Below are positions 39,330 to 48,988 of a stretch of 64,000 nt of DNA, in pieces. The notes under the pieces were generated by a model that had not been told where the DNA came from, ran no database searches, and saw only the letters and a program-made list of their open reading frames with translations. This stretch comes from a virus. How positions within the stretch are numbered: position 1 is the stretch's first letter; each line of letters starts with the position of its first letter. The translations under genes and the position numbers were made by a program. The stretch spans positions 2,316-66,315 of IMG/VR virus record IMGVR_UViG_3300048672_000386; one strand, given 5' to 3'.

Positions 39330-39759
39330 AATCTAGCTTAGTACAAGCTTCTTGCCATAGTTTAAGCTTCCCATTCCAAGCACATTTAGGATTTATAGTA
39401 ATTAACCCCCTTTTATGTTCAAGAACTATCCCAACTTCTGTCAGCTCTTTAATAGCCTTGCAAACTTCTGGTGTTACACAACCAATAGCTTTAGCGAGTT
39501 TAGCTTGTGTGCTATAGACTGTACTTCCATTTCTATTAGTCGGTTCAATCGACAGTAAGTATAGTAATTGTTGATAAACTCTGTGTGCCGTGATAGTCTT
39601 TAGTTCTCTAAGTAAAGCATTAGCATAAGAGAACTGGAAGATGAAACTATCTTTATAACCTGTAGGGTCTAAAGACATAACAGCCTTTAGCCTTGTTCCG
39701 CTTGGTATCTTCATATTGTTATTCCCGTCAAAATATGGTAAACTATCTTTCGTTGACAT
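39319..39759 (-). CDS. RepL-like winged HTH protein
   Basis: TQAKLAKAIG....V.KAIKEL...G.......INPKCAWNG. Confidence 0.7.
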   Translation of the reverse strand: MSTKDSLPYFDGNNNMKIPSGTRLKAVMSLDPTGYKDSFIFQFSYANALLRELKTITAHRVYQQLLYLLSIEPTNRNGSTVYSTQAKLAKAIGCVTPEVCKAIKELTEVGIVLEHKRGLITINPKCAWNGKLKLWQEACTKLDFGA

Positions 39760-39795
39760 CTTTTCTATCCTTTTAGGTTTGTTTGGTTACGACCT

Positions 39796-39823
39796 ATTAT
39801 ACTAGCACAGAAAAGTATGTCAA
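39796..39823 (-). promoter_or_regulatory. Sigma70 promoter
   Basis: TTGACA-16-TATAAT. Confidence 0.75.
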
Positions 39824-40057
39824 CACCTATTTTCAAAGTTTGTAAGTACCTGTTTTCTAAGAACTTTTTAACACTCCCCTCTATAGAACTTTTAAAGCCC
39901 TAAAAACTCCAATCCAAAACCATCCACCACCCAATCGCATCCAGCACTCCCGATACAACTATCAAAACAATCGCATCTTTTATCTTATCTTTATTCAGTA
40001 TCATACTGAATGTTTGGTTAGTTGCAATTAAGCAAAGTAATAAACAAGCTAGTTGAA

Positions 40058-40270
40058 TCATTTTGTTTCTCCAAGTTTAAGTTTCAGGTTTCTGTTTTGT
40101 CTTTTTAGTCTTTTCTTTTCTGCTTTGTTAAGTCTTTTAGCTATTGTTTCCTTGTTAGGGGGAAGTTCTGCTAGAGATTTTCTATCTTTTTGTTTCTTAA
40201 TATGCTTTCTTGGTAATGTCGCTAATAAGTAAGCAGCTAGTAATGAACTATGTTTCATAGGGTTCTCCAA
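40058..40270 (-). CDS. Small basic protein
   Basis: K/R-rich; GGAG RBS before internal ATG. Confidence 0.55.
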   Translation of the reverse strand: MENPMKHSSLLAAYLLATLPRKHIKKQKDRKSLAELPPNKETIAKRLNKAEKKRLKRQNRNLKLKLGETK

Positions 40271-40303
40271 TTGTTAAAGACATCCTTGTCTGTTAAGTCC
40301 TAG

Positions 40304-41206
40304 TTAAACTTTCAAACCTTGTCGTTTTGCTAACTTTACAAGTAAAGCTTGTTCTTCTTCTGAAAACTCTGGCGAACCTACGTTAGCTATATCTAACAAT
40401 AGTTCTTTCTCTTTTGTAGTTAGTTTCCTCCGATAAGTATCAAACCACTCCATACTCTTCGGCAAATGCTCTTTAAGTAATTCATAAATAGCCTTCGCAT
40501 ACTGTCTAACTTCCCATTGTGCGTGTTCATCAAGCCGTAAGGCTAGGAAGTGCATTAGGTTATGTAAGTCTTGTTTCCATACAAACTGAGTGTAATGGTT
40601 AAGATGTAGAAACATACGAGCTTGCTCTGGGCAGATACCAGTTTCTAAAGCTTCCAGATATTCTTGATAGTCTGTCTTACAAGCTTCCTCTAAATGATTT
40701 TTAAACTTCCACTGAGTTTCTCTGTCTAAGTTATCCTCACTACCTTGTTTATTCCCCCCACTGTGTTTCCCCCTTACAACTTCTGGAATGTACCAATCTT
40801 TTGGAAGAGTAACATATCTTCCAGATACTTCATTAACAGTAGGTTCATTACCTGTATTATTATCTGCTAAGTTACCTGTTCTATGTCTAATAACTTGTCT
40901 TGCACAGAAGATAGGCATCTTGAACTCAAGGTAAACTGTTGTAAACTCTAGTGGCGTTGTGTGTTCGTTACGAACTAGATACTCAACAAGCCCTTCATCA
41001 ATTACTTTACTAGATTCCAACATACCTTTTGCAAAGCTAGTACGGGCTACTAAAGCTGGGTCGGTATCTTGGGCATCAAAGATATGCTCTTCCTCTACAA
41101 TAAGCAGGTCATCTATACCAGCTCTAACAGCATCTTGTCTTCTAATAACACCACTAATGTTAAGTAACTTAACAAACCCTTTATCTAATACTTGTTTTTC
41201 AAACAT
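40304..41206 (-). CDS. thyX: Flavin-dependent thymidylate synthase
   Basis: H.TPLE, ARQVIRHR...NEVSGRY, EQAR, LRLDEHAQWEVR. Confidence 0.93.
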   Translation of the reverse strand: MFEKQVLDKGFVKLLNISGVIRRQDAVRAGIDDLLIVEEEHIFDAQDTDPALVARTSFAKGMLESSKVIDEGLVEYLVRNEHTTPLEFTTVYLEFKMPIFCARQVIRHRTGNLADNNTGNEPTVNEVSGRYVTLPKDWYIPEVVRGKHSGGNKQGSEDNLDRETQWKFKNHLEEACKTDYQEYLEALETGICPEQARMFLHLNHYTQFVWKQDLHNLMHFLALRLDEHAQWEVRQYAKAIYELLKEHLPKSMEWFDTYRRKLTTKEKELLLDIANVGSPEFSEEEQALLVKLAKRQGLKV

Positions 41207-41357
41207 TTTCTTCTCCAGTTATTTTAAACTAATTGTTAATTGCCATGCTGCGAAAGCTAGACATATATTAAGTTTATTTTCTTGTATATCTGTACATAAG
41301 GTGGGTAGTAAGAAAATAATACCACTTGTATTACCAATTTCCCAGTCTATATAATTT

Positions 41358-41529
41358 CTAAGCATTTTCTTCTCCAGTTAAATCAATCCCAAGTTTTCTA
41401 AACAACTTACTGTAAACATCCTCACAAAGTTTTCCACTTTCTGAATAACTTAAATAAGCTTTCAAGTCTTCATCGAACATGAATTGCAATGCTTCTTGTT
41501 CTTCTTCTGTTAGTTCAATTATTTTCATC
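41358..41529 (-). CDS. Small acidic hypothetical protein (likely start MKIIEL)
   Basis: ORF track 41358..41648 overlaps dut; internal ATG follows the dut stop. Confidence 0.5.
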
Positions 41530-42084
41530 TTAACCCCCGTATGTTTTACCGTCATTAGGTAGTTGTAGTTTATGACCTGTAATCTTAGCACTATCTGTGC
41601 TACCAAACCCACCAAATCTATCACTACTTTCTGTAAACTCTTCAACATGGTAAAATATTGGATGTACTATAGGTGTAAAGACTACTTGTGCTAGTCGTTG
41701 TGCAGGATAAATAGTTCTAACACATTCATGTGTGTTCTTAATAGCTAACATCCATTCGTCTTGGTAATCTGAATCTATTACCCCAACTGAGTTAGCCAGT
41801 GTAAGCCCTAGTTTCGTACCAATACTACTTCTTATGTATAGTAAGCCAACAATATTAGGGTCTTTAATATGTAGGTGAAACCCACAAGGAACAAGTAAAG
41901 TTTCACCGAAGGGTATTTCCTTTGGTTCATCTATGCAAGCGCGTAGGTCAAACCCTGCACTAGCTGGAGTTCCTTGAAATGGTACGAAACTTGCGTACTG
42001 TTCAGGGTTAGCTGGGTCTTTAATCCCATTAGCCATAAGTTCTTTTGCTAGATTTGTTAGCTTAATTTGCATCTTGTTCTCCAA
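41530..42084 (-). CDS. dut: dUTPase (trimeric)
   Basis: SAGFDL, RSS, GVIDSDY, RLAQ, RFGGFGST. Confidence 0.95.
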   Translation of the reverse strand: MENKMQIKLTNLAKELMANGIKDPANPEQYASFVPFQGTPASAGFDLRACIDEPKEIPFGETLLVPCGFHLHIKDPNIVGLLYIRSSIGTKLGLTLANSVGVIDSDYQDEWMLAIKNTHECVRTIYPAQRLAQVVFTPIVHPIFYHVEEFTESSDRFGGFGSTDSAKITGHKLQLPNDGKTYGG

Positions 42085-42301
42085 TTGATTTAATAAAGTT
42101 AATAAATTTATCTGTCAGGCAATGTTTAGTTACCATTTCTGCCATATCATAAACAAAGTCTTTTGTAAATTCCTCTGTGTAACCTACAGCTATTAAGACA
42201 TCTTCTAAAGACTTCTGATAAGCAATCTTACTTTCATACTTCTCACAAGCTATCTCTTTCTCAAAGATAGTTCCATCTTCTGCTTGGAATACTTGTTTCA
42301 T
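42062..42301 (-). CDS. Hypothetical protein
   Basis: F.AEDG..F.....C..YE motif common in phages. Confidence 0.7.
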   Translation of the reverse strand: MKQVFQAEDGTIFEKEIACEKYESKIAYQKSLEDVLIAVGYTEEFTKDFVYDMAEMVTKHCLTDKFINFIKSIGEQDAN

Positions 42302-42537
42302 AACTCACCCCCTCTTGTTAATGTTACTATCGTTTCCAATAGTTCTTCTTCTGTTTCAACTTTCTTAATAGCTACGCTATCCCAAGTTGTACAATGTAAT
42401 TTACCAGACTTTACAAAAAAGAATACTTTGTCATAAACTGGACTCTTTGTGTAGATTTCTAATTTACTTTTGGTAAGTTGTCGGTAGTTAATGTTGTTGT
42501 TATCTAGGAAAGTTAGTAGCTTTGTTAGGTTTTTCAT
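42298..42537 (-). CDS. Hypothetical protein
   Basis: ATGA overlaps on both sides. Confidence 0.65.
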   Translation of the reverse strand: MKNLTKLLTFLDNNNINYRQLTKSKLEIYTKSPVYDKVFFFVKSGKLHCTTWDSVAIKKVETEEELLETIVTLTRGGEL

Positions 42538-45440
42538 AATTTACTTCTCCAATCTGGATTCTCTTCAATATACTTATCAGCCTTAGCTAATAGTTCTTTT
42601 GCAACGGCTTTGCCACAAGTACCATAACTAACATAGCTACATTTAATGTCTGCTGGGATAGTCATAATATCCTCATAAGCTATTGGAATTACAAAGTATT
42701 CCAAGATTCTTCTAATAGCTGTAATATCATCCTTTCTAAACAAGATAACTGCTGAGTCGTGGACTTGTAAGATAGTTTTTATTCTACCTTTCTCAGCTTC
42801 TTCTAGTCTACATATAGCCTTATTAACTAATATCGCGGCAGACGCTTGTGGTTGCCAAGCTACCATCTTGTTACGCCACATAGGGTCTTGTTTATCAACT
42901 ACCCAGCTACGCGCTCCAAAGACGTTAGTTATGTAACCAAGTTTATTCGCCTGACTTTCTAGTCGTAAATGCCATTGTTTAATCTCAGGACACTTACTAA
43001 AGTAGAACTCCTGTACTCTTTTAACGGCTGGTACTGACAAACCTGCTGCTGCTGCAATAGTTGTAGGCATACCAAGATAGTTTGTAGCATGGCATACGGC
43101 TTTAAAAACTTGTCTAGCCTCGCTATCTTTAGTAACAGGATAACCATAGTATTGTTCAGCTAGTACAGAGTAAACGTCCCCGCCAGACTTTATAATATCC
43201 TTAAGATACCTACAGTCAGCTTCCCAAACTACAAAGTGTAAGTCAATTGCACTATAATCAACATCACCAATTACCCATTCACTATTATCAGGACTAAAAA
43301 TATCTTTAACCCTTCCAAAGTTAGCTTGTAAATCAATGACACTTTTAAAGTCTTCTTCATCAATACCGTCTTCTACTAAGTCTTCGAGAGAGTCTTCACT
43401 TTCTTCATTACGGTAATCTTGTAGACATTGTTCAAGTTTAAAACCACCTCTAGTACCACTTGGTAAGTTTGCTAAGTTTAATCCCCCTCCATCAATGTTC
43501 TTTCTACTAGCTAACCGATATGTCTTTGTACCTGCAACATTGTAAGAACACCGCATCTTACCATCTTCTGATAACTTAGCACTAAGAAAGGTTCTAACAA
43601 ACACACCAAGACGTTTGTATTCAAGATAAAGATGCAGTAGCGTTTTCCACTCTGGATAATCCTCAAGATAAACAATCATAGCCTTAGCTCCGAAAGTCTC
43701 ACTCTTTGTTTTCTTATCAATGATTGGTTTAATATCACAAAGGTCTTTGAAAAGTAGTTTAACTTGTGCAACACTATCTGGGTTAAACTCACTATCGCAA
43801 ACAAGCCATTGCAGGAGTTCCCTTGCGTGTTGTTGGAGTTTAGTGTATTCTTCTTTTAATGTTTCTTTTAGGTTGTTATCTACCGATACTCCTCTATTCA
43901 TCAATGTAGTTATATGTTTGCAAACTTGACTTTGCTGGAAGACATAGAACTGTTGTAAACTTGGGTCTTCGCAAGCTAAGATTTCCGTAAGAACTTTATC
44001 AACTGCTAATGTATAAACTACATCCTTGGAATTGTAAAACCATCTAGTTTGATTATCACCATGTATTTCACCTTTCCACATTGTATAGCTGTCAACATAC
44101 ATACTAGCAAGTAAAGCTAAATCTTTTTGCATATAGTTATAAAGTACATGATGCTTGATTAAAGTATCTTCTGTAGCAACTATGTTAAGCCCCCACTCTC
44201 TATAGTACATCTGACAATCATACATATAATTTTGACCAACATGAAGACAATTAGGATGTAGCATAACTTCATGCAACAAGTGCAAAATACTTGCCTCTTC
44301 TTCTAAACTCCAATAGTTCTTATCTATTGTAATCTCATTACCTGCTGGTATAGTTTCAAGTATCCATTGTTTCTTTTTATCAACTGTCTTTTCAATCCAA
44401 GCTTGTTCCTCAACTTCGTTAATTCTTGTTTCAAGGTAGGTAAATGGTATCGTGTAACCTTTATCACTTTTGTAAGCAAAACCAATACAATCAATTGTGC
44501 CATTTCTAGTTTCAACATCGAAACATACCTTAATTGGAGCATCTTTTATTATTATGTACAGTTTATTTAAAACACTTTTAAGTTTTTCTAAGTCTGTTAA
44601 GATAACAAGTTTTTGCTTTTGCCCCAATAAACTCTCAACACTTTCCCCATCCTTTAATCTTCTATAAACACTAGCAACTCTTTCATAATCCTTCTTAATA
44701 ATAAACTCTTTATCAGGAATAGCCCAATGAAAAGCAGGATTAAGTATTGGAACAACTACACACTCTGGAAGTTGTAAGCAATCAAATGGTTTAAGTAAAC
44801 TAGCCCGATATTTGTTAAGCTCCCCAAAGAATATCTTACGTTTAAAGGTTGTCTTTGTTCTTGCAATAGTTGTTAGTTGACTTTCACTACCATCTAGCAA
44901 GGTTGCTAAGAAGAATAAAGCCCATTTACCACCGATAACAATAAGTTTTGGTTGAACTTGTCGTATTTGTTCAAGACAATCTTGCAATTCTTTCCAAACA
45001 GTTTCACTAACCCAAGTATCTTTAAGCCATTCACATTGAAAGTAACTACCTTCTTCCCCTGTTGGAATACTTTTCTTATTAACAACACTCTTTGTCCAAT
45101 CACTATCACCTTCCTTTGGTCTTTGCAAACTTAAATAGGTATAACAAACATGGTCAACTCCTAGTTTTGCAGTGTTAGGAAGTATCTTACCTTTGAAGTC
45201 TTCATTATATCTTTCAATGAACTTAGTTTTAGGTAAGTGTTTTAAAGGTTCTGCATCTTTACCATATAGCATTTGTAAAGCTGCAAAACGGTTAATGAAA
45301 GAACTAGCTTCATCTAAGTGTCTTTGTAGTTGCTTATGGCTAAAGGTGCTAAAAGGTTGTTTGCTTGCTGACTCTTCGGCAAGGGGAAAGTCTGTTAGGT
45401 ATAAAATATCACGTTGTTGGTTATCACGAGTTAGTAACAT
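42534..45440 (-). CDS. polA: Family A DNA polymerase with N-terminal uracil-DNA-glycosylase-like domain and 3'-5' exonuclease
   Basis: UDG-like (P.AEE...PF; PKLIVIGGKWA; PILNPA); exo DVET, QN..YD, YN.KD; pol TYRLASR, DYSAID, K...H..NY, LQVHDS. Confidence 0.92.
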   Translation of the reverse strand: MLLTRDNQQRDILYLTDFPLAEESASKQPFSTFSHKQLQRHLDEASSFINRFAALQMLYGKDAEPLKHLPKTKFIERYNEDFKGKILPNTAKLGVDHVCYTYLSLQRPKEGDSDWTKSVVNKKSIPTGEEGSYFQCEWLKDTWVSETVWKELQDCLEQIRQVQPKLIVIGGKWALFFLATLLDGSESQLTTIARTKTTFKRKIFFGELNKYRASLLKPFDCLQLPECVVVPILNPAFHWAIPDKEFIIKKDYERVASVYRRLKDGESVESLLGQKQKLVILTDLEKLKSVLNKLYIIIKDAPIKVCFDVETRNGTIDCIGFAYKSDKGYTIPFTYLETRINEVEEQAWIEKTVDKKKQWILETIPAGNEITIDKNYWSLEEEASILHLLHEVMLHPNCLHVGQNYMYDCQMYYREWGLNIVATEDTLIKHHVLYNYMQKDLALLASMYVDSYTMWKGEIHGDNQTRWFYNSKDVVYTLAVDKVLTEILACEDPSLQQFYVFQQSQVCKHITTLMNRGVSVDNNLKETLKEEYTKLQQHARELLQWLVCDSEFNPDSVAQVKLLFKDLCDIKPIIDKKTKSETFGAKAMIVYLEDYPEWKTLLHLYLEYKRLGVFVRTFLSAKLSEDGKMRCSYNVAGTKTYRLASRKNIDGGGLNLANLPSGTRGGFKLEQCLQDYRNEESEDSLEDLVEDGIDEEDFKSVIDLQANFGRVKDIFSPDNSEWVIGDVDYSAIDLHFVVWEADCRYLKDIIKSGGDVYSVLAEQYYGYPVTKDSEARQVFKAVCHATNYLGMPTTIAAAAGLSVPAVKRVQEFYFSKCPEIKQWHLRLESQANKLGYITNVFGARSWVVDKQDPMWRNKMVAWQPQASAAILVNKAICRLEEAEKGRIKTILQVHDSAVILFRKDDITAIRRILEYFVIPIAYEDIMTIPADIKCSYVSYGTCGKAVAKELLAKADKYIEENPDWRSKL

Positions 45441-45573
45441 GGTTTCCCCTTTCCTACAAGTCTAATACAGTCTTTCAAACTTTCTATAGCTGTATCTAAA
45501 TAGTATATAGAATATACAAAGTAACAAAGAGAACATATTAAAAGAAGTAGTAAAACTACAGGAATAAGCTTAT

Positions 45574-45798
45574 TCATAAGTTTTTCCTTGTCTTTCCACA
45601 CTTACTACATTTATAAATGTTTCGTCTTGTTTTGTAGCTATAGTATTTTGAAAAAGCCCGTTCACTCCAAGATTCCCAGTCATGCCCTACAACTTTACAA
45701 GACTTAAGGTACATTAAAGTAGTGTCATTTGGAAACTTGGTAAGTAACCAGTCAATTAATTTAATAAATAGTGTTCTGCGGTCCTCTGTTTTAACCAT
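45574..45798 (-). CDS. Small Cys/His protein
   Basis: C...GHDW...CSKCG. Confidence 0.6.
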   Translation of the reverse strand: MVKTEDRRTLFIKLIDWLLTKFPNDTTLMYLKSCKVVGHDWESWSERAFSKYYSYKTRRNIYKCSKCGKTRKNL

Positions 45799-46045
45799 TT
45801 TGTACCTCCAAACTATTAATAAACTCTACAAAACTACTTGTAGTTTCAACCTCCTTAAACTCAGTCATCCAAGTCCCATCTACTATGTAGATTAACATAG
45901 GAAACTTAAACAAACCTTCTAATCTGCTACTATCAATGCCTTGTCCTTCCAACCATTCCATTATATAAGCTTTCTCAGCATTGTTGGTTATTTCAACTGC
46001 GTGGTAGAGTGAATTAGTGTCTTTTTTCATTTTACACCTTTTCAA
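45791..46045 (-). CDS. Hypothetical protein
   Basis: ORF track. Confidence 0.6.
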   Translation of the reverse strand: MKRCKMKKDTNSLYHAVEITNNAEKAYIMEWLEGQGIDSSRLEGLFKFPMLIYIVDGTWMTEFKEVETTSSFVEFINSLEVQNG

Positions 46046-46217
46046 TATAAGCTATCACAGCTTCAAGCATTTCTTTTCTACCTAAACAGACTAAGGCATA
46101 CTCGGACATTGCATCAAAGCGTGTATTCTCTAGGTAGTTAGAAAGCTCATCAATCAAGGCTTCTTTAAATTCCTCTTTAGAACGGTCTGGTAAGTTTATA
46201 TCACAAGTTTCTAACAT
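46032..46217 (-). CDS. Hypothetical protein
   Basis: ORF track. Confidence 0.6.
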   Translation of the reverse strand: MLETCDINLPDRSKEEFKEALIDELSNYLENTRFDAMSEYALVCLGRKEMLEAVIAYIEKV

Positions 46218-46233
46218 TTCAATTCTCTAAAAG

Positions 46234-46261
46234 AAACCCTAGGTCTTTATACCTAGGGTTT
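46234..46261. terminator. Terminator-like hairpin
   Basis: AAACCCTAGGT-CTTTAT-ACCTAGGGTTT. Confidence 0.65.
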
Positions 46262-46293
46262 ATTACTAACTTACTTGATTATTACAAGACCTT

Positions 46294-47172
46294 TTAAGCT
46301 ACAGCTACTTCCAATAACTTTGCACCTTCCTCAGTAGCACTATGCCCCAAGTCTTTCACAAAGTTACGTTGTTTGTTTTTATCTTCTGGAACAGACTCTC
46401 TACCGATAATACCACCGAAGGTTCTGAACTCAACATCACGTTGCATGAGCATATCATTAAGGTTTTGAAGTTGCTTTTGTGCAATGAAGTAAGTTACCAA
46501 ACTTGGATGATTTAACTTCTCATCTTCTGAAATATCTTCCCCATTAGCAAGTTTCTCAAGCAGAGCTGCCTTAAGCACAGCTACCCCATTGTTAAGTTCT
46601 TCAAAGAAGTCTGTACTAAAGACGTAACTAACCCCGTCACCTTGTAAAGTTGCCATACCGAAAGGAGCAACTAAGCTACCTACGAACTTTAACAAACGTC
46701 TACCTTGCAAATCTAAGCCAAAACCAGACTTAATAACTTTACCATCACGGTTTTTAATCGGATAGATGTCAAAGTCAATACTACGTCCGAGGCGTAAGGT
46801 GTCAGAGTTGTCCTTTTTATTAACCATACTGGAAACTCTATAGAAAGCATTGTCTCTTGCTAAAGCTTCCAAAGGTTCTTTACTCAGTAGTTCAAACTGC
46901 ATAGTAATACCAGACCAAAAGAAACTATCAGGATACTGACTTGTCCAATTAATAGGATCAGCTAAGTATGCTTTACTTAAGCCAAAGGTTAAACCAATGG
47001 CAGGTGTTTTTTCCGTACTTGCTAAAGCAAACTTAACAGTTGTTTCTGGGATAGTTTTAACTTCTGTACTAACTCCTGTTTGTGTCATCGCAACTTCATC
47101 AAGTTGTGCTTGAGCGTCTGCATCGTTCATCATGTCTAAAACTGCTTGTCTTGCTGCGTCTAAGTTACTCAT
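46294..47172 (-). CDS. Hypothetical protein, possible SSB
   Basis: Downstream of the Sak4-like ATPase and nuclease; LD.....L...  and RNFVK motifs; followed by a terminator. Confidence 0.45.
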   Translation of the reverse strand: MSNLDAARQAVLDMMNDADAQAQLDEVAMTQTGVSTEVKTIPETTVKFALASTEKTPAIGLTFGLSKAYLADPINWTSQYPDSFFWSGITMQFELLSKEPLEALARDNAFYRVSSMVNKKDNSDTLRLGRSIDFDIYPIKNRDGKVIKSGFGLDLQGRRLLKFVGSLVAPFGMATLQGDGVSYVFSTDFFEELNNGVAVLKAALLEKLANGEDISEDEKLNHPSLVTYFIAQKQLQNLNDMLMQRDVEFRTFGGIIGRESVPEDKNKQRNFVKDLGHSATEEGAKLLEVAVA

Positions 47173-47254
47173 GGTATTTTTCTCTTTTGTTTAAGTTTAA
47201 GTATTTGCGGTTAGTTTGGTAGTAAGATACCAGCTATTATGTTGCTTGTCTTAT

Positions 47255-47494
47255 TTAAGCTTCTTCATTAATTTCCTCCTTATCCTCTTCATTATCTATG
47301 AGTGATGCTTCTGCTTCGTTCAAAATTCCATGAAAGATATTACCTTCTACAATTTGTTCTAGGAACTCTCCTTCTTCTATCTTGTCGAACAAGTCATCTT
47401 GTTCCAAGGCAACTTTGATTGCTTCTTCTTCTGACTCTGCTTCTACTTCTACATAAGCGTAGCCACAGTAAGGTACTGATACTGCATATAGCAT
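47255..47494 (-). CDS. Small acidic protein
   Basis: VEVEAESEEEAI motif. Confidence 0.7.
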   Translation of the reverse strand: MLYAVSVPYCGYAYVEVEAESEEEAIKVALEQDDLFDKIEEGEFLEQIVEGNIFHGILNEAEASLIDNEEDKEEINEEA

Positions 47495-47497
47495 AAT

Positions 47498-48433
47498 TTA
47501 TTCTCCTTTTAAGAATGGATAGATTGGGTGTGTTAAGTCACTAGGTAATCTTTTCAAACTAACGTGTTCTAGTAGATTAACCTTTGGTTTATTTATCACA
47601 GGGTCAAAGTTCACCTCCGTACAAGCTTTGTCAAAAATAACTTCATTGAAACTTGTCTTGGTAAAGTAATCAGGGTCAAAACCTACTAAGAATCTGTCAG
47701 GCTTACCAAGTCCACTTAATGTTTTTCTAGCAACAAGTACCCAATTAAAGTCTTTAGTAAACTCCGCTACCATAGACTTAACAATAAGATTAGGAAAGTT
47801 CTTTTTAAGACCGTAAGGCGTTAGTACAGCATCTGCGGAACTTGCTGACACATTATGTGCTGTTATGGCAACATGACAACCTGCTCCATTTATAAGCCCA
47901 AGTAGCTTAAGTAATAGTTTCTTATGGTCGTTGTAAACTCCATCATATTGTGTTTTTTTCTGCCCTGCCATTCTTACAGCATAGTCACTTTCCCCTTTAA
48001 AAAGAATAGGAGTGTTATAAGAAGATAAGCCATCTATAACTATCAAAGTATCTTCTCCATACTCAGAAGGCTTTTTTAGTTTTACAGGACTACCATCAAA
48101 AGCATCGTAAGCTGGGTAGTCACCTAATAAGGGTTTATGAACGGCAAGATATACGGCAGAATCTTTAGTTCCTTCTAAAGAATCTACAGCTACTCTAGGT
48201 ACTTCTGCTATAAGAAGTTGTCCTTTAGTAAGAGTTACACCCCATATATCATCTACAAAGTCAAGACTACCCTGTGTTGTTGCGTCTGCTGCTATCCAAA
48301 TGACTTTAAGCTTCGGGTTCTTTAGGAAACTTGCTAAGGAAGTTGTTTTACCCTCACTACCATCTCCGTATATCATCATACGAAGTAGGAAGGGTTTGTC
48401 AGCTTGTGCTGGTGGTCGTTTAATTAGTGCCAT
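47498..48433 (-). CDS. AAA_24 / Sak4-like ATPase
   Basis: IYGDGSEGKTT, VIDGLS, ITAH. Confidence 0.82.
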   Translation of the reverse strand: MALIKRPPAQADKPFLLRMMIYGDGSEGKTTSLASFLKNPKLKVIWIAADATTQGSLDFVDDIWGVTLTKGQLLIAEVPRVAVDSLEGTKDSAVYLAVHKPLLGDYPAYDAFDGSPVKLKKPSEYGEDTLIVIDGLSSYNTPILFKGESDYAVRMAGQKKTQYDGVYNDHKKLLLKLLGLINGAGCHVAITAHNVSASSADAVLTPYGLKKNFPNLIVKSMVAEFTKDFNWVLVARKTLSGLGKPDRFLVGFDPDYFTKTSFNEVIFDKACTEVNFDPVINKPKVNLLEHVSLKRLPSDLTHPIYPFLKGE

Positions 48434-48988
48434 TTATTTAACTCCAAATGCTAGACAACCTTGTCTAATATCGTTGTTACACTCGCCTAAAGTAGTCTTA
48501 GTACCTGATATACTAATAACCTCTAAGTCAGTTGGTAGTATATGCTTTAACCATATTGGTATTAAATAAAGTACCTCTTTTGTAGCCAACTCCCAAGTTT
48601 TAAAGCCTAATGAAAGTAGCTCTTCTTCTGTCAGATTGTCTAAGACTATAGCTTTACCAGTTAAAAAACTTGGAGTTTCTTTTAGATATATAAGAGCAAA
48701 CTCCATAGTCCAGTTATCATATTGTATTACTTCACCAAGTCTACTTAATAAAAAGCGTTCAACACTTTTTAGTAGTTTAAATGTATCGTTGTTAGGTTCT
48801 TTACTTTTGTTCACAATACCGCCTTCTTTGATTTGTTGTTCAATTTCTTCTATTGTTTCTTTGACTTCCCAAGACTGTTTAAGGTTTATACTTACTGTAG
48901 TTGTATTATTTACTTTATATACTGCTAAACTAGCCGTGCTAAGTAGTATTGGTTTATTATTAAAAAGAAGTGTAAGCTTAAGTATCAT
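48434..48988 (-). CDS. Hypothetical protein
   Basis: VKETIEEI N-domain; LYLIP.W...D.RQGCLAFG C-domain. Confidence 0.7.
   Translation of the reverse strand: MILKLTLLFNNKPILLSTASLAVYKVNNTTTVSINLKQSWEVKETIEEIEQQIKEGGIVNKSKEPNNDTFKLLKSVERFLLSRLGEVIQYDNWTMEFALIYLKETPSFLTGKAIVLDNLTEEELLSLGFKTWELATKEVLYLIPIWLKHILPTDLEVISISGTKTTLGECNNDIRQGCLAFGVK

Noticed and set aside
40304-45440. Uracil- or hypermodified-base DNA pathway
   Set aside because: dUTPase and ThyX favour normal dTTP; no PurZ, queuosine-pathway or hydroxymethylase genes recognised
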